A DNA stretch of 25,305 bases from positions 1 to 25,305 of the IMG/VR virus record IMGVR_UViG_3300006737_000188. One strand, 5' to 3'. Origin of the DNA: a virus (lineage: Duplodnaviria; Caudoviricetes). The notes beneath the pieces were generated by a model, which was not told the origin of the DNA, made no database searches, and saw only the letters and a program-made list of their open reading frames with translations. Of this stretch, positions 17,070-25,305 are shown piece after piece. Numbering within the stretch: the first letter of the stretch is position 1; each line of letters begins with the position of its first letter. The translations under genes were made by a program, and so were the position numbers.

Positions 17070-17912
17070 TTAATTTAATCTTTTTTCAATACTTGAGTAT
17101 ATTTCCATACCCTCGTCAGTTTTAAACCAAGCAGCTAATGCTGAGTACGGATGTTCATCAAAAGGAACGTTTAATAGTTTTCTATTATTAGAACCCCATG
17201 AAATAGTTCGTTGATCTTGTGATAACACTAATATTTTTTCTTCAACGGCTCTAATACCAAAATTTCTAAGAACAATATTTTCATCATTTACTAAATCTAA
17301 GAACAAACTAGGATTTCTTTTAGCAAATATAAGTAAATCGCGTTTAAGTTCTTTAGAACTCATGTTTGACACTTTAGAACCAACCTCAGTACGCATAACA
17401 GCTTCAGCCATATCAACATCTAAGTTTCTAGCCGCGACTAAAGCGTCTACTTCTAAATTAATATTTTCTAGTTGATCTTCTGCTATTAATTGTGGTTTGT
17501 GTTCGTAATAAAGTGTGTCTTTATGTGGGTGGTATAAGCTTAATAGCTTTTGTAAAACTGTTTTCTCTCTTCCTACGTACAAAGCACCGTCTCTAAATAT
17601 AATATGTTCTAGTCTTTGATCGCCTTTCATTTCATCAACAAAAGGTGTTCTTTGGTTTGAACAATACTTCAATTCTCTTTCGTATCCTTTTTCTTCGTCA
17701 AAATAATATATATTTGATGATCTTATAGATCTACTAACAGGTTTTTTACCACCTTTCAAATAGTACATTCTGTTTTTTAATTCCCAAGTTTCTTTTTTTA
17801 GTAATGGTTTTTCCATAACCGGTGTTTCAACTTTTGTTTGTTTCACAACTTTTGGTTGTTCTTCAACTGGTGGTGTTGCAACCACTTTTTTTGTTTCTTG
17901 TTTTTTTGTCAT
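17070..17912 (-). CDS. Phage protein downstream of the major capsid gene, function unknown (280 aa)
   Basis: Low-complexity K/E/V/T/P N-terminus, then a globular-looking region (GYERELKYCSNQRTPFVDE, LLSLYHP, VPFDEHPYSALAAWFKTDEG). Confidence 0.65.
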   Translation of the reverse strand: MTKKQETKKVVATPPVEEQPKVVKQTKVETPVMEKPLLKKETWELKNRMYYLKGGKKPVSRSIRSSNIYYFDEEKGYERELKYCSNQRTPFVDEMKGDQRLEHIIFRDGALYVGREKTVLQKLLSLYHPHKDTLYYEHKPQLIAEDQLENINLEVDALVAARNLDVDMAEAVMRTEVGSKVSNMSSKELKRDLLIFAKRNPSLFLDLVNDENIVLRNFGIRAVEEKILVLSQDQRTISWGSNNRKLLNVPFDEHPYSALAAWFKTDEGMEIYSSIEKRLN

Positions 17913-17931
17913 AATATAATATATAATAAAA

Positions 17932-17975
17932 TTAATAAAAATAAAGGGACTGGGAAATTAATCCCAGTCTCTTTA
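17932..17975 (-). terminator. Intrinsic terminator after the major capsid gene
   Basis: Minus strand TAAAG-A-GACTGGGA-TTAATT-TCCCAGTC-C-CTTTA followed by TTTTTATT, beginning 14 nt after the capsid stop codon. Confidence 0.75.
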
Positions 17976-17988
17976 ATATAATAAATGC

Positions 17989-19506
17989 TTACTTCATTAA
18001 CATGAAATTGTTAGCACCTTGTACAACTAAACATCTTTCAGAAAGCATGTGTATTTGCATCGCGTCAAGTGCAGATGTAGCAGCACCAACCGAACCAGTA
18101 ACCCAAGTTTTCATCTTTCTGTTGTCAGTTTGAGAAGCTCTATAACGAACATGTAAGAAAGGTCTTTTAAGATTTTTTCCTAATTGTTGGTCATAAACAG
18201 TTGATGTACCAGCTGGGATTACAACCCCTCTAATAGCGCTAGCACCAGCAACAGCGTTAATACCACCTCTTGTAGCAAAGTCATTTAAGTATCTAAAGTC
18301 AGATTTGTAGAAGTCATAAGAACCTCTTCGGAATCCAGAAAAACCTAAATTAAGCGCCATGTCTTCAGAGTTGTCAAACACTCCGTAAGAAGTACCACCA
18401 GCTCCGTAAGAATTCATAGAAGCCAACATATCATCCATTGCTAACGAAGTAGCTCTGTTTACAAACATCATGTTTTCCTCAATAGCACCTTGCTTGTCAA
18501 ATTCAGCTAAAATAGCGTCGAACTCAGCTAAATCAGTAGCAGCGTTAACACCAGTAACACCAGAGGTTAAATTACCTCTATCTTCGATAGCTGCAAATAA
18601 ACCTTCAGTACCAACAGCGTCGCCATTAGTTCCGCCAACCATTAAATCAACATCAGTAGTTCCAGAACCTTTAACACCTTCAATCATTGACATTTCTAAG
18701 TAGTCAGTAAATCTAGCTCTTGTATCAGCCTCAGCTTTTAAATACCATAAGTATCCAGAAGCGCCTGTTTCACTAGTAATTTCTACCCAACCAATTCTAG
18801 ACGCATCAGAACCTGATACTTCGTAGTAATCTTTTAATATAATTGGCTTGTTAGTAAATGTTTTGAACTTAGGCTCGTTAGCACCTCTTGAATCAGTAGC
18901 TGTTCCATAAGAACCGTCAGTACCATAACCAGCGCTAGTCTGGTATGATCTACCTTTTCCAAACTCAGAACCATAAACTAATATAGTACATGAAGCTGCA
19001 TCAGCTATACCAGCAGCTGCATCAGCATCTTCATAGTTAGCTACTTCAATGTTTGTACCACTTACCTGTGTTACAAGACCTTTAAAAGTAACACCAGTTC
19101 CACCAGCTACAATTACAGTGTCATTTACACGAACACCGTGATCAGAACCTGGATCTTGACCATCCATGTCAGTTAATATTTCAATCTCACACCCTGGATT
19201 GTCGCCGCCAATACCTTGATCAGCATCGATCATAGTACATTTATAAGCTAAGTGTAATCTACCTTGTTCAGACCATACAACTTGATCAGCTGTCATGCTC
19301 TCTTCAGCTCCTACTTGTGAAAGAAATCCTGAGATAGTTCTGTTTCCAAAAACCTCAGCTTCTTTTTCAATAAGATCTGGTACGTATTGTTGTGCCCAGC
19401 CTAGGGTATCTGCTGATCCCGTAGCTAAGTCTAGATAATTTGTGTTTAACGCTTGCTTTTGTGGAGCAGCAACGCTATTCAAATTATCTCCTGGAGTAAT
19501 TGCCAT
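17989..19506 (-). CDS. Major capsid protein (505 aa, HK97 fold inferred)
   Basis: Position portal-scaffold-MCP, followed by a terminator; motifs WAQQYVPDLIEKEAEVFGNRTISGFL, DQVVWSEQGRLH, NLGFSGFRRGSYDFYKSD, LSERCLVVQGANNF. Confidence 0.85.
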   Translation of the reverse strand: MAITPGDNLNSVAAPQKQALNTNYLDLATGSADTLGWAQQYVPDLIEKEAEVFGNRTISGFLSQVGAEESMTADQVVWSEQGRLHLAYKCTMIDADQGIGGDNPGCEIEILTDMDGQDPGSDHGVRVNDTVIVAGGTGVTFKGLVTQVSGTNIEVANYEDADAAAGIADAASCTILVYGSEFGKGRSYQTSAGYGTDGSYGTATDSRGANEPKFKTFTNKPIILKDYYEVSGSDASRIGWVEITSETGASGYLWYLKAEADTRARFTDYLEMSMIEGVKGSGTTDVDLMVGGTNGDAVGTEGLFAAIEDRGNLTSGVTGVNAATDLAEFDAILAEFDKQGAIEENMMFVNRATSLAMDDMLASMNSYGAGGTSYGVFDNSEDMALNLGFSGFRRGSYDFYKSDFRYLNDFATRGGINAVAGASAIRGVVIPAGTSTVYDQQLGKNLKRPFLHVRYRASQTDNRKMKTWVTGSVGAATSALDAMQIHMLSERCLVVQGANNFMLMK

Positions 19507-19526
19507 AATTTTTTAATTTTAAATTG

Positions 19527-20762
19527 TTATTTATTTTTGTTTTTAATTTTAAACTTGAAATCAGAAGAATTATCACCTAACACTCTTACTTTAATTCCAC
19601 CAGCTTCTACTACGCCATGACTTTGTCTTGGGTTCATATCAACGTTTTTAGACTTAGCAATACTATTTTTTATTGCATCTGCCTTTCCTTGTTCGTAAAA
19701 ATGTTTAGCAATAGCATCTGCGTTCATCGCTGTATAAAGAGATTTATGATAACCCATAGCGTCTGTTAAAGCCATTTTTTTATCCAAAAACTTTTTGGTA
19801 AAATTATTTAAATTGCTTTGAGTTTCTTTAATTTCTTCAGCGTTGTTTACGTTAAATCTATATTTTTTTTCACCAACGTTATATTCAAAACCTTTGAACT
19901 CGCTGTTAAAAACTTGATTAGTTTTTTGAGTAAAAATATCAGAGTTTGTTTTTGCTATTTCTTGATTTGCTTTTGACTCCTTGTTGTATCTATTAAAGAA
20001 ATTTACAGCTTTTTGTTGCTCAGTTGTAAGTTTGTTTCCAGCCTTAATGTCTTTATAGTATTTGGACTTTTGCCCGTCCAAGTGGCGTTTAGCGTTGGCA
20101 ACTTGCTCTTTTAACGCTAATTTTTTTCTTTTAATCTCTATTTCTTCGTCTACTTCTTCGTCATAAGAGAACGTATCTTCCATAAGAAAGTTAATTTCCT
20201 CGTTATTTAGGTGTGGTTTTGTTTTTTTATAATACTCTTTTAAAATAGTATTATCATCAACTTTGCTATAATCTTGGTTAAGTTTTACGTAATCATTTAA
20301 ATCACCACCAGTTTCTTCCATAAAGTCAATTAACTTTTGAATGTTTTCTGGTAATGGTTTTCCAGTAGCTTCTGCTTCAGCTATAGCTTCCTCAACTTTT
20401 TCTTCTACTTTAGCAACCTCTTGCTCTGTAGAATCTTCTGTTACTTCTTCTAATACTGGAGTTTGTTGTGTTTTTTCTTCCGATTGTATTTTTTCTTGTT
20501 CCTGTGTGGACTCGGCATCTTTAGACTCTGCAACCACTCCTTCGTCGTTAGTGTTATCTTTTTTAACTTCATTTTCTTTTGGCTCTTGCTCTTTAGTTAA
20601 ATCAACCTTGGTAACGTCTTCTTTTTTTTCTTCTGATTTATCTTTAATGTTAACTTTTGTAACATTGTCTTTAGGTGTTGCAAATTTTTTTGCTTTAGGT
20701 TTTTTAACCTTTATTTTTTCCACAGTATTATCTACTGTAGGTTCTTCTTTTTTGTTTTCCAT
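19527..20762 (-). CDS. Putative capsid scaffolding/assembly protein (411 aa)
   Basis: Long K/E-rich, probably disordered N-terminus and helical C-terminus (FYEQGKADAIK); lies between portal and capsid genes. Confidence 0.6.
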   Translation of the reverse strand: MENKKEEPTVDNTVEKIKVKKPKAKKFATPKDNVTKVNIKDKSEEKKEDVTKVDLTKEQEPKENEVKKDNTNDEGVVAESKDAESTQEQEKIQSEEKTQQTPVLEEVTEDSTEQEVAKVEEKVEEAIAEAEATGKPLPENIQKLIDFMEETGGDLNDYVKLNQDYSKVDDNTILKEYYKKTKPHLNNEEINFLMEDTFSYDEEVDEEIEIKRKKLALKEQVANAKRHLDGQKSKYYKDIKAGNKLTTEQQKAVNFFNRYNKESKANQEIAKTNSDIFTQKTNQVFNSEFKGFEYNVGEKKYRFNVNNAEEIKETQSNLNNFTKKFLDKKMALTDAMGYHKSLYTAMNADAIAKHFYEQGKADAIKNSIAKSKNVDMNPRQSHGVVEAGGIKVRVLGDNSSDFKFKIKNKNK

Positions 20763-20789
20763 AATATAATATAATAATAATTAATAAAT

Positions 20790-23234
20790 TTATTGAGGAT
20801 CAAATTGTCCTAAACCAAATCCACCACTTAATAAATCATTACCCTCGGATTCAAAATCCATCATAGACGTAGCTTGACTAAAATTTTTAGGTGGTTTGTT
20901 GTTGTTTCTTTGATCAATTAATTCTGATTGTTGAGATGCTTGAATTCTAGTTCTTTCATCTTTACGATCTTCTTTTTCTTTCTCTTTACTTTTTTGTCCT
21001 TCAACTTCAATGCCTTTAAGTTGCATGTTGTAATTAAATTCTAATTCCATTAATTCTTTCTTATGCATAACTTCTTGTTGCATTTTTTGAGATTCTAATT
21101 GAGATTTCACTTGTTCTAATTGAGCTTGACTTTGTGATATTGCTTGGTTTTTTTGCACCTCAGCTTGAGCTGCTGCTTGAGCAGACTGCTGGTTTAACTG
21201 AGCCTGTTGTTGCATGTTTTGCATTTGTACCTGCTGATCTCTATCAAGTTTTTTCTTTCTTCTTATTTTTAAAAGTTGATTAGCTAGCTTTATATTTTTT
21301 ATTTCTCTAATATCAATTGCATCGGCTAATTCTATAACCTGTTGTTGTAATGCCATTTGAATGTTATTTTCTAACATCATTTTTTCTTCTTCATCTGGTT
21401 GTAGTTCAATGAAAATACCAAAATCGTACAAGTGAAGTTCTTTTAACTCTTCAAGTATAGATGAATTGTGCACGCCTATTGATTGTATGAAAGCTTCTTT
21501 TGTTGGTGAATACTCTAGTATATCCGATATTCTTAGTGATAGGCATTCTGCCGTTTCAGCTGTTAAATACAAGCCAGCTTGCAATATGTGTCTTGTCGCA
21601 GTGTTGCTGTTTGCAGCGGCTAATTTCTGAACGCCCACTAAAGCATTTTTATCTGGCATACTACCGTCTCTAGCCTCATTTAACCCAGTTACATCTCTAA
21701 TCATTTGCATATAGTAGTTATAATTACCTATAAGCGCTTGCATTTTATTACCACCATTACCGCTAGTTATTTCTTGAATAGGAACTTTACCTGGATTCAT
21801 ATCGCCTTCTGAAGTAAAACTTCTACCGATAACAGAACCTGTTTGAAAAAACATATTTAAAGCTTCTTGTGGATTATAGTTTGTACCGTTGCCTAAATCT
21901 ATTTCTGCTAAACCATCAGCATCTAGATAAACACCATCAGGAACCATACGTGATAATACTTGTTGTAACTTTAGGTGTGTTAATTGAATCATATCAGCAA
22001 ATCCAGTTATTTTTTTAACTAAAGAATCTATTTTACCATTATACATTCTAGGAGCTACAATAGCATAGTTCATTTTTACTTTAGTAAAATTACTTTTAGG
22101 ACGCATCATGTTTTTTGCCATTTCCCACTTAAGTAGTCTATTTGTACCAAGTATCATAGCGCCCTCGTACAAACACTCTATTGATCTTAACATTTTGCCA
22201 TAACCACCCTGCATACCTTCTGGCGGACTAAAGGAGTCATCTTTAGGTATTACTTTTTCAGCGCCAGTTCCAGTTTCTTTTACTTTGTAAACTTCATTCA
22301 TATAAGTTTTATAATTAAAATACAAAACTTGTATAGTGTTATTATCTTCTTTGTCGTAATTGTGTCTTGAGTTATAATTAGATCTATTATTAGATTTATT
22401 GCTCATTATTTCATCTAAATCACTTTCTGATAAAAATGGAAATTGTTTTGCTAGTTCATTTACTGGAATTGATTTTACTTCTCCAACATAATATATATCT
22501 TCAAAATATGGAGATTCTGTGTAAGAATATACTAAATTAGCTGGATCTACATAGTCAATAACAACGCCTTCAGATGTGTTAAAAGAGGTTTTAACAGCAC
22601 CTATGCCTAACACAGTAAGATCGTAATAAAACTGCTTTTTAATTAACTCATATTTATTACCTTCCATCAAGACGTTTAAAGCTTGTTCTTCTGCTAACTC
22701 AGCTGATTGCTTGTAAGTTATTTGCATGTGAAGTGCTAATTCTTCATCTGTATCTGGTAGTTCTTGTACGTTACTGTCTCTAACGTTTAAATTTAAATCT
22801 TGTTGAACAGTTTGATTAAACTCTCTTAACCTCATGTCTTTTAACACAGCGTCCATATATTTTGTTCTTTTAGAAACTCCATATGGATCTTGTGAATAAG
22901 CTTTTATATCGTATGTTCTTTCCGCTATACCATTAACAACAATATCTACAAATTTAGATATAATAGGTACAGGTTTCCAGTCTAAATTTAAATAGGACAA
23001 ATCACCATTTATAGACAATTCATCCTTATACTTTTGAATAGACTGTTCGCCTCTAGCGTACAATCTTAAATCGTGAAAATCACTGTGGTTAGTTCTGTAT
23101 CTGTTAATATTTCTATCATTATCAAACCACTCTTGCTCTATTGCTTTACCAACTTTTAAACCATAGTCATAGCTCAGCTTTTCAGCGTCACTAACAGTTT
23201 GACTAGGAAAATAGCTTTTGCTAGAATATGCCAT
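20790..23234 (-). CDS. Portal protein (814 aa)
   Basis: Directly follows the terminase; LDWKPVPIISKFVDIVVNG, MIRDVTGLNEARDG, and a Gln-rich C-terminal coiled coil resembling the P22-type portal barrel. Confidence 0.85.
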   Translation of the reverse strand: MAYSSKSYFPSQTVSDAEKLSYDYGLKVGKAIEQEWFDNDRNINRYRTNHSDFHDLRLYARGEQSIQKYKDELSINGDLSYLNLDWKPVPIISKFVDIVVNGIAERTYDIKAYSQDPYGVSKRTKYMDAVLKDMRLREFNQTVQQDLNLNVRDSNVQELPDTDEELALHMQITYKQSAELAEEQALNVLMEGNKYELIKKQFYYDLTVLGIGAVKTSFNTSEGVVIDYVDPANLVYSYTESPYFEDIYYVGEVKSIPVNELAKQFPFLSESDLDEIMSNKSNNRSNYNSRHNYDKEDNNTIQVLYFNYKTYMNEVYKVKETGTGAEKVIPKDDSFSPPEGMQGGYGKMLRSIECLYEGAMILGTNRLLKWEMAKNMMRPKSNFTKVKMNYAIVAPRMYNGKIDSLVKKITGFADMIQLTHLKLQQVLSRMVPDGVYLDADGLAEIDLGNGTNYNPQEALNMFFQTGSVIGRSFTSEGDMNPGKVPIQEITSGNGGNKMQALIGNYNYYMQMIRDVTGLNEARDGSMPDKNALVGVQKLAAANSNTATRHILQAGLYLTAETAECLSLRISDILEYSPTKEAFIQSIGVHNSSILEELKELHLYDFGIFIELQPDEEEKMMLENNIQMALQQQVIELADAIDIREIKNIKLANQLLKIRRKKKLDRDQQVQMQNMQQQAQLNQQSAQAAAQAEVQKNQAISQSQAQLEQVKSQLESQKMQQEVMHKKELMELEFNYNMQLKGIEVEGQKSKEKEKEDRKDERTRIQASQQSELIDQRNNNKPPKNFSQATSMMDFESEGNDLLSGGFGLGQFDPQ

Positions 23235-23236
23235 AT

Positions 23237-25305
23237 TTATTGCTTAATTATTCTTGAATTAGTTCCAGTATTAGTATACTTGGATATATTTATATTTAGT
23301 TTAGGTTTTTCGATTTTAGCATTTGGCGCATATAAATGTTTATTGTTTGCCATTATAGCTAAACCACTACTTATAGTTGCATCAAACTTTGTTCTTTTTG
23401 TAATATCAAACCTACTCCAATCATTTAGTAACTCATTAAAATATAAATTACCAAAAGTTCCATCTTGTTTCATGCCAACATGATCTTGTATGTACATTTC
23501 TATTGCAGCGGCATGTGCTTGTTTTATATCTTCGCTTGAATTTGGTATGCCACCAATTTCCTTTTCTGCTACAGATAATTTATTCCAAATCTTATCAGGA
23601 CGATTCATACTAAAACCTCTATAACCTCTTCTTCTTAAATAGTACAACAACCTCGGTTTATTATTTTCTGCTAGTATTGGCATGCTGTAAAATACTAGCG
23701 CCATTAATACGTCTTCAAAGAACATCTCTGCTGTTGGAGGTCTTGACAAGTATTCTAAGAAAAAACTATTAGCAGGAGCGTCTTCCATGCTAAACTTAGT
23801 TAAACCGTGTAAAGAACCTTTAGATCCACCACCATCTACAGTTCCTGATATATCATATGAATCACAACCAAACGCCCCCATGTGTTCATTTCCAGGATGT
23901 TTTACCCCATTTTTAAGTATAACTCTATTTTGTAACTGTTGGGGTGGCACCCAGCTAACCTTAAATCTACCTTTTGCATCTGGATAAAATATAACCTGCG
24001 TGTCTTTTACGCCATTTACCCATTGAAAATTACCTCTAGTAATGCCTAATGTTCTAGACATTTCTTCATTATAATCTATTTGTTCATATATTTTTACAAG
24101 ATTAAAAATACTATTTTTTGTTTCATCTCTAAACGCGTGCTCTTCAGTTCTCGGGAACTGTCTGTAAAACTCGTTTAAAGCATCTTGATCGTCTTTTAAT
24201 CCGTCAACTTCGTTTTGCCAACTGTCTATTACACCTATATCTATTAATTCACCATCTGGTGCGAGCACATCCCCGTCAGGAGTAGTAAATACTGGAACTC
24301 CGTATTCGTCAATAAATCCTTCATAGTTCCATTCCATTGGGATAAACAAAGAGTATAAACCAGATTTTGTTTGGCCGTTTCTATTTCGCTTTGTGACATC
24401 ACTTGCATTATATAGTTTTTTAAAATTATCACCTCCTTTATCAAGAGCGTTAGAAGTAGATCCCATCATGCATTTACCAACTATTCTACTACCTAACCGC
24501 AAGCAAGTTTTTGTAACTCGCCAGTTGTTTAGTATGTTATCAGGCCTTTCCCATTTACCGCTTTCGTCATGCACTAATAAATTTAACTTTTCACCGTCGT
24601 AACTATTATCACCTGTATTTTTCCAATCTATAGTTGTATCTAACCCCTGTATGTCTTCTAACTTTTCATTTGTTGTAATCTTTTTTCTAGTGAATTTACT
24701 AGCGGGCACTCTATACGCTAACTCTGATTTAGGTCGATCCATACCGTCTTGTATAGGTTTAAAGAAAAACGGATAGTTTATACTAATCGGTACAACTTTG
24801 TCTGTAAACATTTTTTTAGCATCAGCACCTGTTTTAGAAAGTATACCATATCTACTATCACTTGCAAGTGTGGCTAAGTTAACTGTTTCTGCAGATGACA
24901 TAAACGAAAATCCTGACCTTCTGTTTTTTAGGTAACACATACCATAACATCTTTTATCCGCTTTACAAGCTTCCCAAAATATATAAAACAACCTGTTAGC
25001 TTCTCTAAAATCAGGAGCCCCAACATCTATCTTGCTCCATTGTAGATACATATAATGAGTACCTGTTATGTAAGTTGGTTTACTATTGTTAACAAACCAA
25101 AAACCTTCATCTCTTCTTTTAAACTCTTCGTCTATATAGTCAAACCATTGTTCTTTTTGTTCTTCTGGATGGTTTTTCCAGTCAAATATATTTTTTAACC
25201 TAGCAAGTTCTTTAGGATAATCTTGTTTAGCCCATTTATTTAATTCATGTTTGTACACTTGCCCTGGCACTCTTGGCAGCGCAATTCGCAAATTTTGGAT
25301 TTCAA
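23237..25305 (-). CDS. terL: Terminase large subunit, 5'-truncated
   Basis: Walker A-like KNRRSGFS, Walker B LLVHDESGKW, coupling motif GSTSN, RNase H-like nuclease AFGCDSYD and a C-terminal KFDATIS. The frame is open upstream of the TTG at 25291 to the window edge (EIQNLRIALP). Confidence 0.9.
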   Translation of the reverse strand, partial: EIQNLRIALPRVPGQVYKHELNKWAKQDYPKELARLKNIFDWKNHPEEQKEQWFDYIDEEFKRRDEGFWFVNNSKPTYITGTHYMYLQWSKIDVGAPDFREANRLFYIFWEACKADKRCYGMCYLKNRRSGFSFMSSAETVNLATLASDSRYGILSKTGADAKKMFTDKVVPISINYPFFFKPIQDGMDRPKSELAYRVPASKFTRKKITTNEKLEDIQGLDTTIDWKNTGDNSYDGEKLNLLVHDESGKWERPDNILNNWRVTKTCLRLGSRIVGKCMMGSTSNALDKGGDNFKKLYNASDVTKRNRNGQTKSGLYSLFIPMEWNYEGFIDEYGVPVFTTPDGDVLAPDGELIDIGVIDSWQNEVDGLKDDQDALNEFYRQFPRTEEHAFRDETKNSIFNLVKIYEQIDYNEEMSRTLGITRGNFQWVNGVKDTQVIFYPDAKGRFKVSWVPPQQLQNRVILKNGVKHPGNEHMGAFGCDSYDISGTVDGGGSKGSLHGLTKFSMEDAPANSFFLEYLSRPPTAEMFFEDVLMALVFYSMPILAENNKPRLLYYLRRRGYRGFSMNRPDKIWNKLSVAEKEIGGIPNSSEDIKQAHAAAIEMYIQDHVGMKQDGTFGNLYFNELLNDWSRFDITKRTKFDATISSGLAIMANNKHLYAPNAKIEKPKLNINISKYTNTGTNSRIIKQ

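Noticed and set aside
20341-20769. 142-aa plus-strand ORF
   Set aside because: Antisense shadow of the K/E-rich scaffold N-terminus; its Ser/Phe-rich composition is the expected mirror.
25289-25291. TTG start of the terminase given by the ORF track
   Set aside because: The frame remains open to the window edge, so the true start is probably upstream.
1-25305. Genome-wide stop-codon reassignment (TAG or TGA recoding)
   Set aside because: All genes are intact and densely packed under the standard code, with no fragmentation by internal TAG/TGA; only the single junction at 14604 is suggestive.

Overview
AT-rich bacteriophage DNA carrying one co-directional (minus-strand) virion morphogenesis operon of a podovirus-type Bacteroidota phage, with gene order and motifs resembling crAss-like/Cellulophaga-type marine phages. 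In transcription order: terminase large subunit (5'-truncated), portal, scaffold-like protein, major capsid protein, a 280-aa protein, a 55-aa CGC micro-ORF missing from the ORF track, two tail ring/adaptor proteins, a 2151-aa tail hub/muzzle protein, 522-aa and 131-aa tail-associated proteins, a cupin, and three probable ejection proteins. The last of these (>1104 aa, with an N-terminal peptidoglycan-binding motif) is also missing from the track and runs off the left edge. Most notable: the only TAG stop lies in frame one codon before the muzzle ATG (possible readthrough fusion); the muzzle may be split around an intervening gene with an HxMPDGxxM motif; a CBM-like domain is inserted in a ring protein; and there is a UNCG-capped intergenic hairpin without a U-tail. 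No tRNA, CRISPR array, integrase, reverse transcriptase or defence gene was seen. Family assignments come from motif recognition and synteny, not from searches.
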